DNA of 64,000 nucleotides from Cyanidioschyzon merolae (lineage: Eukaryota), in the NCBI GenBank assembly GCA_000091205.1, contig AP006497.2; one strand, 5' to 3'. This document shows, one piece after another, positions 1 to 10,383 of this stretch (position 1 is the first letter of the stretch; every line of letters starts with the position of its first letter). Under the pieces are notes generated by a model. It saw nothing but the letters and a program-made list of their open reading frames with translations, was not told where the DNA came from and did not search any database. Both the position numbers and the translations under genes were made by a program.

Positions 1-570
1 CGATTCGAGAACATACCGTGGGCCATATCGTTGCAGTGTCGACTGGCATCGTCATCGCCGCCTCTAGCGCCTGAGTCCTCAGAGCGCTGCACCAACATGC
101 CGCAGCTGGCTGGCGGCGGCCCAGTACCCTCTGTTGTTGAAGAGTTGCTTGTGTCGAGTTTTGGGCCTGATCCCGAAAGCGGTACGCGAAACGGTCCGCT
201 CTTCATTGGATTCAACTGCTGTCCTCCGTGGTTGATCCGCCCGATACTTGAAAGCCTCCAGCGGTGTCGTCATCCGCTGGCGCGACAGTGTGCTATCTTG
301 TCCCGGACTTTGGAACGAACCGAGGTCAGGTCCGCTGACAAATGGGCAAACTTCGCCGGTTGGGCCGTGTACCCAAACTCGGGGGAAATGTGGGACCCCG
401 GAACCCAGACTTGGGGACGCCCATCGGCCTCGACGCTGGATCCCGAAAACGACGCGTTTTGGCAGTATCACGTACCCGTGTGGAGCGCTCTTGGCGCTAC
501 GATCATCGGTGGCTGCTGTAGAATCGGACCCCAGGGCATTTCAGCGTTGGCGCGTGTCGTTCTTGGATAG
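1..570 (+). CDS. Homocysteine S-methyltransferase (Pfam S-methyl_trans family), C-terminal part. The 5' end lies outside the window.
   Basis: Frame 1 is open from nt 1 with no upstream stop. The translation ends ...AVYPNSGEMWD...TIIGGCCRIGPQGISALARVV, matching the conserved C-terminal YPNSGE-WD and IGGCCR(T)TP motifs of MmuM/HMT-type homocysteine methyltransferases. Stop at 568-570. Confidence 0.55.
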   Translation, partial: RFENIPWAISLQCRLASSSPPLAPESSERCTNMPQLAGGGPVPSVVEELLVSSFGPDPESGTRNGPLFIGFNCCPPWLIRPILESLQRCRHPLARQCAILSRTLERTEVRSADKWANFAGWAVYPNSGEMWDPGTQTWGRPSASTLDPENDAFWQYHVPVWSALGATIIGGCCRIGPQGISALARVVLG

Positions 571-1270
571 ACGCAAGGTGTTGCGACTTCAGAATCGCGC
601 TATTGTCTTCCATGAGCGGGTCTGTCGACCGCCGTAGATGCCGGGTGTAGCGACGGATCATTTGCGACTGGTCTGGTGCGTGCCAGCGTTCGTGCTGCGG
701 GCCCTGCATCCTCGTTACCTGCAAAGCGACGCAGCATCTCTGGCCTCAGTACAAAGACGCCTTTCGAGAGCGTAATGGCATCAGGATGAGCTATGATCGC
801 AACATGAGCCGGTAGCCTTTCCGCCTGCAAAGACTCGGAGCAACACGAACGCGGTGCGACGGTTCAGCCCAGGGGCGCCGACGATTGCAGCGATCTGCGA
901 GCGACTCTTGCCTCTAGCATCTCAAGACGGAGACGTTTTCACACTGATGTCAGAGGAATGTTGCACGGGCGCGAGGAGAACCCGTACACGCCTGCGAAAA
1001 ACCCGAATGTCTATCTCGGGGGAACCGAACTTTCTCCCGTATCCACGTGTAATTCGTTCGATACATCGCCTGTGTTCATAAAAGATATCGTCATCTGCAG
1101 AGCGCACCTCCGCAGACGCCGCGGCAATTACATATCCCTCTGATCGTATGAGCACCGTACATGGATGAACCTCTTCGGCACCGGTGCCTATGAACAGCGC
1201 GTGCCCACGAGCTCTATGGCTACGCAGAACACGTGGCAGTGCCTGGTGGTGGCGACTTCGAGGGCCCTCC

Positions 1271-2270
1271 GGATACATTTGAAGGACTCGAAGGATCTCG
1301 ACTTTTATGGACGTGTTAGATCTAGGAGGACAGATCGACAGCTGTGCGCTGCTGGCGCGCGCCACGCGCTGGATACATATGCGGGACTGGAAGGAGCTCT
1401 ACGTTTATGGACAAGTTAGATCTAGGCGGCCAGATCGACAGCTATGCACTGCTGGCGCGCGCCACGCGCTGGATACATATGCGGGACTGGAAGGAGCTCT
1501 ACGTTTATGGACAAGTTAGATCTAGGCGGCCAGATCGACAGCTGTGCACTGCTGGCGCGCGCCACGCGCTGGATACATATGCGGGACTGGAAGGAGCTCG
1601 ACTTTTATAGACAAGTTAGATCTAGGCGGACAGATCGACAGCTGTGCACTGCTGGCGCGCGCCACGCGCTGGATACATATGCGGGACTGGAAGGAGCTCT
1701 ACTTTTATGGACGTGTTAGATCTAGGCGGACAGATCGACAGCTGTGCACTGCTGGCGCGCGCCACGCGCTGGATACATATGCGGGACTGGAAGGAGCTCT
1801 ACGTTTATGGACAAGTTAGATCTAGGCGGACAGATCGACAGCTGTGCACTGCTGGCGCGCGCCACGCGCTGGATACATATGCGGGACTGGAAGGAGCTCT
1901 ACTTTTATGGACGTGTTAGATCTAGGCGGACAGATCGACAGCTGTGCACTGCTGGCGCGCGCCACGCGCTGGATACATATGCGGGACTGGAAGGAGCTCT
2001 ACGTTTATGGACAAGTTAGATCTAGGCGGACAGATCGACAGCTGTGCACTGCTGGCGCGCGCCACGCGCTGGATACATATGCGGGACTGGAAGGAGCTCT
2101 ACTTTTATGGACGTGTTAGATCTAGGCGGACAGATCGACAGCTGTGCACTGCTGGCGCGCGCCACGCGCTGGATACATATGCGGGACTGGAAGGAGCTCT
2201 ACGTTTATGGACAAGTTAGATCTAGGCGGACAGATCGACAGCTGTGCACTGCTGGCGCGCGCCACGCGAT
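1271..2270. repeat. 100-bp minisatellite, 10 tandem copies, organised as a 200-bp higher-order dimer
   Basis: The unit ggatacatatgcgggactggaaggagctct(acgtttatggacaag / acttttatggacgtg)ttagatctaggcggacagatcgacagctgtgcactgctggcgcgcgccacgcgct repeats head to tail with period exactly 100. Two variants alternate strictly (ACGT..CAAG / ACTT..CGTG); the first copy (1271-1370) is degenerate. This produces the ladder of overlapping 91-aa ORFs in the six-frame track. Confidence 0.95.
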
Positions 2271-2328
2271 TCTCCATTGCATTATTTTGTTTTCCCGGCA
2301 AGGTGCCGTGTGTTGCAGCGTCTCTGCA

Positions 2329-3789
2329 ATGGAAACAGCAACGAGTTCACCGGAGCGAATGCTGGTGGGTTCTCTTATCCAGCTCATCCAAGCAGAGACA
2401 CGCCTGATTATGCTAGGATGGAAAGCGTCTGACCAAAATCAGCCGACGCTCCGAACCCAGCCCTTGCCGTGGTCGCCGAGGTCCGCTGCAGACGAGTTTG
2501 CGGAGCCGCTGCAGGCATACTTCGTCCTCGGCTGCGGGGGCGAACTGCGTGCGCCCGCTGCATGTGGCCGAGTCGTCGGCATCTACCACAGAGGCTTCGT
2601 GCGCTCCGTTCATGATAACGACGAGGTGCTCTATGCGGATGTGCGGCTCGTCGTTGTCCGTGAAGCCGGAAGCGCCCTCACCCCTGCCCTGGAACGAGCC
2701 TGGCTGCGTCTGGAAAACTGGGTTTCGCTCACAATAAAACAACAGAACGACCTCAACGCAGATGCGTCAACTGATGGCTGGCGGCGACGCTCAGAGTATT
2801 TTGAACGGATATGCCGAGACTTGACTCACCTTGCGCGAGAGCGAGACCGGCTTTTGAATCAGACCAGGGAGCGCTTGAACGTTGCGCGTCGATCACAGAT
2901 GCACCTGCGACGCGTCTTCGTCGAGGCCTTCGCTGGACACCTGCTCTGTTTCGAGTCATCTAGGCCGGATCAGGGTTTCGAAGGCGCATCTAGCGAAGCC
3001 GGTGCGAGTAAGTGCGATGCTGCATCCGCGTCTGAACCGGTGTTTTTTACTGGCCAACCGCTCGTGCTCTTGAACGACGCTCTCCCGAATGACCTGCCTG
3101 CTGATGGTGATGAGAAAGAGCATCATTCATGGCGTTGGCTCACGCACGATCTCTTTGGACGCTTTCGCATTCCATTGGGTAGACCGCCGGCGATCCAGTC
3201 GCTGGGCTGGCTCTATATTCCTGTGGTCGACGACGTCGGCAACGCGATTCGCGTTGAGGAGATTATTGAGGGGGATCCACCCACAACTGATCCGAAAACG
3301 AAGCGTTATTTGCATACGAAACCCATTCGTCTCGCACCGGACGTTGAGCGAGAGGTTCAGTTCCGGTTGACAGCAGCGAAACGCTGCTGCACGTGTATCC
3401 GCGAAACCGCGTGTGCCGGAGCGCCTGTGCAGCCGGATGCGAGCGGTACAGATGCCAGGTCTGCAAACCGACATGCCCTGCATTCCTGTGTAACATGCAG
3501 CGCGTGGGCACTAACCTGGCCCGGTGTCTTCGAAGTGACCAGTGATATGCTTCGAGGGTGGTCAAACTGGCAGGTCCACCAGAATCGTTCCGATGAGAAT
3601 ACGTTTACGTTTGCAGTGGACGGCACGGAGCGCGTGTATCGCGCTTGGTCGCGGCATGAACGCGATGTCATTGTGGCTTGTCTGCGCCACTGGCAAGAGG
3701 AGGCTCGCGCTGGTGCCCATGATCCGGGAGCCGCGTTGCCCGCAAGTGGAGTGCCCCTCAGCACTGGTTCAATGTTCCAAGACAAGTGA
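2329..3789 (+). CDS. Hypothetical protein (486 aa), no family recognised
   Basis: Long ORF continuing out of the minisatellite. The first ATG downstream of the repeat array (2329, METATSSPERMLVGSLIQLIQ...) gives a protein-like, non-repetitive sequence. No conserved motif identified. Confidence 0.45.
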   Translation: METATSSPERMLVGSLIQLIQAETRLIMLGWKASDQNQPTLRTQPLPWSPRSAADEFAEPLQAYFVLGCGGELRAPAACGRVVGIYHRGFVRSVHDNDEVLYADVRLVVVREAGSALTPALERAWLRLENWVSLTIKQQNDLNADASTDGWRRRSEYFERICRDLTHLARERDRLLNQTRERLNVARRSQMHLRRVFVEAFAGHLLCFESSRPDQGFEGASSEAGASKCDAASASEPVFFTGQPLVLLNDALPNDLPADGDEKEHHSWRWLTHDLFGRFRIPLGRPPAIQSLGWLYIPVVDDVGNAIRVEEIIEGDPPTTDPKTKRYLHTKPIRLAPDVEREVQFRLTAAKRCCTCIRETACAGAPVQPDASGTDARSANRHALHSCVTCSAWALTWPGVFEVTSDMLRGWSNWQVHQNRSDENTFTFAVDGTERVYRAWSRHERDVIVACLRHWQEEARAGAHDPGAALPASGVPLSTGSMFQDK

Positions 3790-4299
3790 GCATTTTCCAA
3801 AGACACTTGGTTGCGAATGCCTTTCGTGCGGAGATCATACCAGTAGAATACGGGAACGATCGGAGCCTTCAGCGCATGAGCGTGTTCGTGTATGATCCGT
3901 GTCTCCGGGAAAATGAAAAGTTTTGCGTCCAACAGCGTTGGCTTCCAGCTGTGCTTGGTTGGCAGGAAAGCCGCCGAGCGGTAGAATGCTGGACCCCAAA
4001 ACCCACGCGGGGCGGACAAGTGCACTCACCAGGCTCGCCATGCGATGCCTTTTCGAAAAGCACGTATTTACGCGATGGCATGATTTCTTTGGTCGCATTC
4101 GCCAAAATCTAGGTGTATCGTCCTCGGCGCTTTGTTGGTCTCAGAAGGCGCAGCACCAAGGCGTGCCTTGTCGGACTGCTAACCTGCAACCGAGTCGGTT
4201 TCGTATTCATCACTCGGACCGACAGACGTTGGACGCCTGGTACCAGCTTCCGTTAGCGCCAGTGCCTCCCACAGAGACTCTACCAGATAAGCAGCTCGT

Positions 4300-5034
4300 C
4301 TAGTTCATTTGCCGGATGAGTCTGTTGATGAGTTCTTCGCGATTTCCATGGGAACCTCCCTCCACGAAATGGCGGAGCTTGCCGCGGCGCCCATATCCAC
4401 CACGCGGTGACGATAACTTGAACGGCCACAGCGCCTGGTTCACAATCTTAAACTTGGGCCCACAGGTGAATAGCTCGTGAATGATGTCTTCCACGCAAAT
4501 GATACCGTGCTTGCCCAAAACCCGCTCCACGAGGTCGTTGCTCGTAATTCCGATGCGGCTCCAACCGCCGGGTTTCCCTACTTTCAAAAAACCCCGTTTA
4601 TAGACGAGCTCTCGTACAGATTTGAGGTTCGGATAGCCATACGCTATATAGGGCTCGATGAGCTGCAGCATGCGCAAGGTAGCGTAGTTGATCCGCACAA
4701 ACACACCGTTGTGGATCTGTCGAAGTCGGAACAGTTGCAAGATCTTTCTCTGCTTCGGTGGAACGCCACGAATACCTCGAATCCGAACTACGAAAGCTAC
4801 CTTTGCTCCTTCGGGAACATAAAACTTGCCCTCTGCACGCGCTGCACGCCGAGCGTGGATGACGGCACGCTCTTTCGCGAGGTACTCGGCGACGTACGAC
4901 TCCGCTCGACGAATAGCTTCTTCCTTGCTCTTTTTCCGCTTCTCCCGCTGCGCTTTGAGCTTAGCCAAGTGAGCAGCCTTCGACTTCTCTTCACTGACCC
5001 TTTTCTTCAACACACTTTCTGGTACCTGCTCCAT
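4300..5034 (-). CDS. RPL7: 60S ribosomal protein L7 (uL30)
   Basis: The translation (…[26 protein letters not shown]…[36 protein letters not shown]…[24 protein letters not shown]…[21 protein letters not shown]…) is collinear with the whole of eukaryotic RPL7, about 244 aa. The start is assigned to the ATG at 5034 ([12 protein letters not shown]); the ORF extends 7 codons further, to 5055. Confidence 0.9.
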   Translation of the reverse strand: MEQVPESVLKKRVSEEKSKAAHLAKLKAQREKRKKSKEEAIRRAESYVAEYLAKERAVIHARRAARAEGKFYVPEGAKVAFVVRIRGIRGVPPKQRKILQLFRLRQIHNGVFVRINYATLRMLQLIEPYIAYGYPNLKSVRELVYKRGFLKVGKPGGWSRIGITSNDLVERVLGKHGIICVEDIIHELFTCGPKFKIVNQALWPFKLSSPRGGYGRRGKLRHFVEGGSHGNREELINRLIRQMN

Positions 5035-5402
5035 TGTGGCTTCCAGTGCGCACAAACCGATACCTTTTACGCTTATCCGTCGTGTAGGGTGCGCGTGGAC
5101 GACGCCTCCGACGCGGCGGCGTCTTACAATATCGACATTAAGGAATCAATCTGTATTTTCCTGGACATCGATCTAGAGTGCCATGCGCGCTGCGCTTTCA
5201 GCCACAGCAGCTGCAGCCGCAGCAGCCTTGGGCCTCGACGCGTGACCCATGATGGAGCGACAGCGCGTGCCCCAAGGATGCCTGCTCCCGTTCGGAAACG
5301 TTTCCATGGCTGCTGCTCACGAGCATCCTTTACGTGATATGTAAAGAGCGCACTCAGGCCGTCAGTGATCGGGGTATGGGCGCTTTGTTTCCGGTCGTTG
5401 GT

Positions 5403-5439
5403 ACACAGAGACACACACACACACACAGAGAGAGAGAGA
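5403..5439. repeat. (AC)n(AG)n compound microsatellite in the RPL7/TIM23 divergent promoter region
   Basis: acacagagacacacacacacacacagagagagagagag. Confidence 0.9.
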
Positions 5440-6186
5440 CCTGTTGCAGTGGCGTTGCCCTCGTGGGATGTCCTCTGCACGGCGCTTGCATGCGCATGCT
5501 CCCAGAGCGACCTCCATCGAGCGTCTGATTGCCATGCGACGGCATTGGTATGCAATGCGACTCCAGCGGGACACTTGTCCCTCAGAGCACGAATGCATGC
5601 GCTTGAACAATGCATGCATGTTGTGCACTGATCACTTTAGGCAATATGCAGTGATATGCCTCCAGCTCGTCGATCATTCGCCTCTATCCGAGGAGCGTCG
5701 GAAATTCGCCGCACCGCCCGTGACTTGTTCCGAGAGCGCCAGCATTCAGCGTCCAGTCGAAGACGCATGAACTAGATGCAAAGTAGGCCGGATTTGTTCG
5801 GGTTCCCATACACGCGAGCACTCGACAGAGACAGCAGTAGCGTCGTCGTCGTTGTCGTCGCATGCAAGAAAACTGGGTATCCTTTTTGCCGTGCGATTTC
5901 CAGGCACGGCGAGTGCCCGGAGCTTGCGTTCCGGCACATGGGTTTCTGCGTATCAGGTTATCGAGAAACCAGAAGAAATCTACTGAGTGTACTGGTGCAA
6001 GCTTCACGGAGAGGAATGTGCTGTTTCGAGCACTCGCATGCTCAGTTGAGCGTAGGTGCGCAACGCCGTTGCCGAGGCCGCTGGCGTTGCGCGGCGCAGC
6101 GCAGCGTTCATCCGCCATGCTGTTCGACGCTACGAAGACGCGGAGCAAGTATCGTTTTGGTGAGCACGGCAGCTGAGCGCGTCATC

Positions 6187-7014
6187 ATGAGCAGCATCTG
6201 GTCACGTTTGACAGATAAGCGAAGATCGAACAAACCAGACGACGCTTCCGGTGAGAAGTCGGATATTCTTGGAGCTGGAACCTCGTTAGACTCACGAGCG
6301 GACCCGGCACCGGACCACTTGTGGGCACAGGTCGACCAAGTTGACAGCGTCCCCGATATCGAAGAAGAGAACGGACCCCGAGTGGATTTTTCGAACTTGG
6401 ACAGAATACAAGCGGAGACTGTGGCTCCAGCGTTGGGCATTTATGCGACGCCGCGGGGCAAGTCCGGCGAAGTGGATTACTTGTTCGCGGAGGAGTATCA
6501 CGAGTATCGCCATAAGAGCTGGGGCGAGCAACTCACCTTCTGGGCAGGGGTGAGTTATTTAGGCGGTGCGATAATTGGAGGCTCGTTAGGGTTTCGTGAA
6601 GGCATCCAGAAAGGAAACGAAATGGTCGCGGAGCTTGTGTCGCCAGTGACAGGAGCTGGCGGCGGCCCCAAAGCCGCAACTTCGCTGTCAGTCTCGCATG
6701 TATCCAAGGCAAAGCTTCGACTCAACGCACTGCTCAATGCAGTAGGTCGACGCGGCGGTCGCATGGGTAATGCTGCAGGCGTCTTAGCGATCATGTTCTC
6801 GGGATTTGAGTCGTTTCTGCACTGGCTCCGCGATGACGTCGACGACTCGTGGAATTACATTGGTGCCGGAGCGCTGACTGGCGCGCTCTACAAGTCCACC
6901 GCAGGTCTACGGGCAGTGTCTATGTGGAGCGCAGGGCTGGCGACTGTCGGCCTCGTTGGCCTGTACGGAGCCAGACGAGGGGTCTACGGCCGGCGGTTAC
7001 GGCAACTGCTCTAA
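6187..7014 (+). CDS. TIM23: Mitochondrial import inner membrane translocase subunit Tim23 (Tim17/Tim22/Tim23 family)
   Basis: The C-terminal 200 aa of ORF 5776-7014 align with Tim23: GVSYLGGAIIGGSLGFREGI…RLRLNALLNAVGRRGGRMGNAAGVLAIMFSGFES…GAGALTGALYKSTAGLRA. The ATG at 6187 (MSSIWSRLTDKRRS) gives a 276-aa protein with a hydrophilic N-terminal domain, as in Tim23. The upstream part of the ORF is low complexity and probably untranslated. Confidence 0.8.
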   Translation: MSSIWSRLTDKRRSNKPDDASGEKSDILGAGTSLDSRADPAPDHLWAQVDQVDSVPDIEEENGPRVDFSNLDRIQAETVAPALGIYATPRGKSGEVDYLFAEEYHEYRHKSWGEQLTFWAGVSYLGGAIIGGSLGFREGIQKGNEMVAELVSPVTGAGGGPKAATSLSVSHVSKAKLRLNALLNAVGRRGGRMGNAAGVLAIMFSGFESFLHWLRDDVDDSWNYIGAGALTGALYKSTAGLRAVSMWSAGLATVGLVGLYGARRGVYGRRLRQLL

Positions 7015-7081
7015 GCAGGTAGGCGGTGGTGTTGGGCGTCACGTAGACGGGCACAGCTCGGGAACGCCGCAACCTACGCTC

Positions 7082-7125
7082 ATGGTGGTGATGGTGATGG
7101 TGCTGATGGTGGTGCTGGCGGCCGC
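7082..7125. repeat. (GGT/GAT)n trinucleotide microsatellite in the convergent 3' region between TIM23 and CLP1
   Basis: atggtggtgatggtgatggtgctgatggtggtgctggcggccgcc. It would code poly-His on the minus strand, but that ORF has no other coding features. Confidence 0.85.
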
Positions 7126-8187
7126 CTCTATCGTTGGCATGTTGCGCGATGGCTTGCTCTGAGAAGCGCGCAACTCCTTCGATGGATCCAGACTCGGGCG
7201 ATGTGCGCTGCGCGCAAGCCCTGGGTACGCCCGCGCAAAGCCTCGTATTGCTGGCGACAAGTACCCGATTTCCATACATTGTACTATGCTCGGCTTTCGG
7301 TTGAAAACGGAGACACGCGCGTTGCCCTGTGTACAGCGCAGCATGCGCAGCAGCGCGAAAGCAGTAGCAGCTTCCGGCATGAGCACTGGACGCAGGTCAA
7401 GCTTCGTCAAGCCTCAGATGCTTCAATGGACCAGGCTCGATGTCAACGAGTCCAAGGCACGATCCACATGACAGGTTGGCACCTGGGGATCCCCGAGGGA
7501 ATGCAGCGCAGATGCTGTATCAGAGAAGTTCATTGACGGATCCGAATATTTTCGTTCACACTTGAAGCAGAGAGACAAGCACCGCTCTGTTTGAGGCTGT
7601 TGAGCTGCCGTTGAATAGGAAAATTCGTGAAGATACGATCGTCGTGTAGTGAGCCCCTGGGCTGCAACTCCGCTCCCTGAGCGAATCAGTTCGTTCGCCT
7701 GCTCGGACGGACCTGGGGTCGGATGTTCCAGGCCTCAGCTCAAACGCTAAAGGACCTTTGCTCCCTTGCTCTTGCACAGCCGCGGGCACACGCTGGTGAT
7801 GCAGTGAGCTCTTGAGTCGCATATCGATCCCAAATGCGAATCAAGGCGTTTACATGCTCGGACGGCGCTGGGGTGTGCTGTTCCAGGCGCCCGGCATACC
7901 GATAAAGGCACCTCACTCCGTGGTGATGCTGTTGTCGCTTCCCCATCGAGTCTACCAAGTTGGAGAGGCGGCAATGCCGGCGTGCACAGCTGCTCGCTGG
8001 CACCGCGGCTTCCCTGCCGTTTCCGACCGACCAGCATATTATCGTTTCCGATCGCAACGCTTGGACTCGTAAAAGCGAGCCAGTGCTCCAGCAACCTGCT
8101 TCACCGTTTTGAGTGAAACTGCTTCCTACTGAAGCCTGCCGCAGGCGTCGGCATTGCCACATGGAGCCGCTCGTGCCCGCGCGTGCT

Positions 8188-9750
8188 TCACTCGATCCAA
8201 CGGAGATCCGTCGAGACTTGGAGTAGTTTCGATGGCAGCTTGCCCGGTGACGGGGACAGAATTCGCAGACGACCTCGAAACCGATCCACCGCCGTTATCT
8301 GTACGAAACCGAAAACCGGAGTGCCCACCATACGAGTAACGATGGTCGGATCATCCAAGTGAGGCCGCTCCCAGACGGTGCTCGGCGCGTCAATATGGCT
8401 GGACGCCTCGGCCGCTGGGGGCGCTGCGGAGGCCCCGGATATCACGTTTGGTAATCTCGCGGCCAGCTCTTGCTCTGAGGCCTGACTCACCGCACCCACC
8501 GTATGCAGCATCTCCTCTTGAAGCTCTGTAAGGAACTCGATTTCTAGGGATTCTTGGTCCGGAAACGTTTCGCCTAGCGGTAACGCCGTCAGAGGCGCGA
8601 GCGCTCGCTCACAGATTCGATAGAGTAGGATGTCTGCGGTCGGAAGCCATAGCGGGTGGGGATGAAGCTCCCCGTGAAGACCATAAAAGTAGGATCGAAA
8701 GCGCTTCGCACGCTCTGCTCGACGGATGGATGTATCCCGAGGCACGACGCCACCGCTCTTGGGAATTCGAACGAGATCCACGCGTTGTTTCGTATCGGTG
8801 TTCACCCGATCGTCATATGATTGACGGAGTAGCGCATACAAACGTTCCGATTCAAGAACAACGACACAAGTGGGTGATAGTTCATGAAGCGCATCGGCGA
8901 GCAGATCGAAACTCTCGCGAGTCTCTGTCCATGCGGGCAGTACTGCAATGCAACCGGCGTTGTAGAGCAGAGGTGCCTCGGTGTCAGCTCCCTGATCACC
9001 CGCTTTTGCCGCTTTTGCGTCTACTTCCGTCATCCACGCGTCCAGCTGACGTCTGATGGCTCCAATGAGCGTCAAATAGGACTTGGCGTTATCATGTGGA
9101 TAGAAATGCCCAAAGTACCAACAGATTGGCCGTTCAAATGCCGCCGCATCTTCCAGCGCAAGCAGCGGCCGATGCAGCGACATCATCACCAGGGCGCCGG
9201 GAACCGCCGTTAGTCGGCTGCACGGCCCGAAGCCAGCGCCAGGGTCCAAGTCTAGCCACGCAAGTCGAGCACCGAGGTGCCGCAGTGCGTAGGCTGCCAG
9301 AGTTGCCGCCACCGTCAGCTTGCCGCTGTCATGGGGGCCCACGACGGCCACCCGCGGTGTCTTATTCGAGCGACCGTCGCGTCCAGTGCGAAAGCTTTGC
9401 TCACGTTGCCGCTGGAGCACTGCATGAATGTTCATCACAAGTGGGTTTGGTGTTTCCTCTGCAATATACGGCGGCACATGGAACGATCCGCGAACCTCGA
9501 CACGACATCCATGCCACGTGAAGACGCCCAAACGACTTCCAGGCCGCAGATCAAAGCTCTGATGAAGCGCCAGCTCCCGTCCGAGGACTTCCGCAGTGCC
9601 ACGCAATAAGCGCAGCTGTGCGGTCGACTGTGTGTCGTCGGAAACCTCAAGTCGTAACTCGTTCTCGGCTCTCAAGTCAAAAACTCGCCAGGCATCTGCG
9701 TTGTGTCCGGTACCCAGGCCTGAACTGTGCGAACTTAGGGTATCGGCCAT
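8188..9750 (-). CDS. CLP1: Pre-mRNA cleavage complex II protein Clp1 (polynucleotide 5'-hydroxyl kinase)
   Basis: N-terminal domain (WRVFDLRAENELRLEV…), P-loop TPRVAVVGPHDSGKLTVAATLAAYALR, and Clp1 central and C-terminal domains all present in one ORF. Start assigned to the ATG at 9748-9750 (MADTLSSHSS), 521 aa; the ORF extends to 9888. Confidence 0.85.
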   Translation of the reverse strand: MADTLSSHSSGLGTGHNADAWRVFDLRAENELRLEVSDDTQSTAQLRLLRGTAEVLGRELALHQSFDLRPGSRLGVFTWHGCRVEVRGSFHVPPYIAEETPNPLVMNIHAVLQRQREQSFRTGRDGRSNKTPRVAVVGPHDSGKLTVAATLAAYALRHLGARLAWLDLDPGAGFGPCSRLTAVPGALVMMSLHRPLLALEDAAAFERPICWYFGHFYPHDNAKSYLTLIGAIRRQLDAWMTEVDAKAAKAGDQGADTEAPLLYNAGCIAVLPAWTETRESFDLLADALHELSPTCVVVLESERLYALLRQSYDDRVNTDTKQRVDLVRIPKSGGVVPRDTSIRRAERAKRFRSYFYGLHGELHPHPLWLPTADILLYRICERALAPLTALPLGETFPDQESLEIEFLTELQEEMLHTVGAVSQASEQELAARLPNVISGASAAPPAAEASSHIDAPSTVWERPHLDDPTIVTRMVGTPVFGFVQITAVDRFRGRLRILSPSPGKLPSKLLQVSTDLRWIE

Positions 9751-9970
9751 GGCAGAGTCTTCCTCCGCAAAGTGGTTGCCGAATGGACGTCCGATCCGGT
9801 GAACGCTCGCACTGCTACGAATTCGGCACAAAAACACCACAACAGTGTGTTCTCTGGCAAGCGCAGCAGCAAGCGTATACCGCAGCAACGCCTATCATCA
9901 GCTGTGGGGAAAACACCCCTGCGAGTCTCCCGTTCAAGGTACTGCTGATCAAGCCGACTGCTGTTGCGAG

Positions 9971-9999
9971 TCTCTCTGTCTCTCTCTGTCTCTATCTCA
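9971..9999. repeat. (CT)n-rich microsatellite in the CLP1/primase divergent promoter
   Basis: tctctctgtctctctctgtctctatctc. Confidence 0.8.
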
Positions 10000-10383
10000 G
10001 CGGTCCGGTTTTCGGTGATAGGTGTACCCAGTCACTCGGTGGTGTTGCAGCCGTAGAACCCTCGGGGCACCTTCCGTAGCAACTTCCGCTGATCCGTTCG
10101 AACTGCTTGTGCGAGTGTCTATTTCAGTCACCCTGTTTCCGGTGATATGTTAACCAGCCACTCAGACCGCTAGCAGTACTTGATCTTTGGGAGTTTCTCG
10201 TAATAGTTCGTGAAGATCAGTCCGAATCGCTTGCACGAGTCACTCAGGATGCTTCCAGTACTAGACTAGAGGACGTTCGTATCCGTCTGGCGGTCGAGAT
10301 TCGTCTAGCCCAGCAGGGTCGCGGCGAGTCGCTACTGGGAGGACGCGCTGCAGACTGCGCGGGAAAGCCATGAACAGGAGGCG

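Noticed and set aside
1444-2219. Series of near-identical 91-aa ORFs (MHCWRAPRAGYICGTGRSSTF…) every 100 bp on the plus strand
   Set aside because: They are produced by the 100-bp minisatellite; 100 is not a multiple of 3, so each unit reads in a shifted frame. There is no independent coding evidence. They are repeat DNA, not genes.
1271-2270. Possibility that the regular direct repeats represent a CRISPR array
   Set aside because: The units are contiguous with no unique spacers (100 % of the array is repeat). The period is a fixed 100 or 82 or 104 bp. The context is eukaryotic, with ribosomal protein L7, Tim23 and cohesin SA nearby. These are minisatellites.
4477-5337. 286-aa plus-strand ORF
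   Set aside because: Antisense to the well-supported RPL7 coding sequence. No protein features.
5776-6186. Upstream 137 codons of the long TIM23 ORF (MQSRPDLFGF…VVVVVVACKK…)
   Set aside because: Low-complexity sequence generated in part by a (GTC)n tract and not conserved. Tim23 homology begins after the ATG at 6187.
6920-7279. Minus-strand ORF encoding a poly-His run (HHHQHHHHHHH)
   Set aside because: The His run is the translation of a (GGT/GAT)n microsatellite lying in the 3' intergenic region between TIM23 and CLP1. The rest of the ORF is Arg/Ala-rich GC-frame noise.
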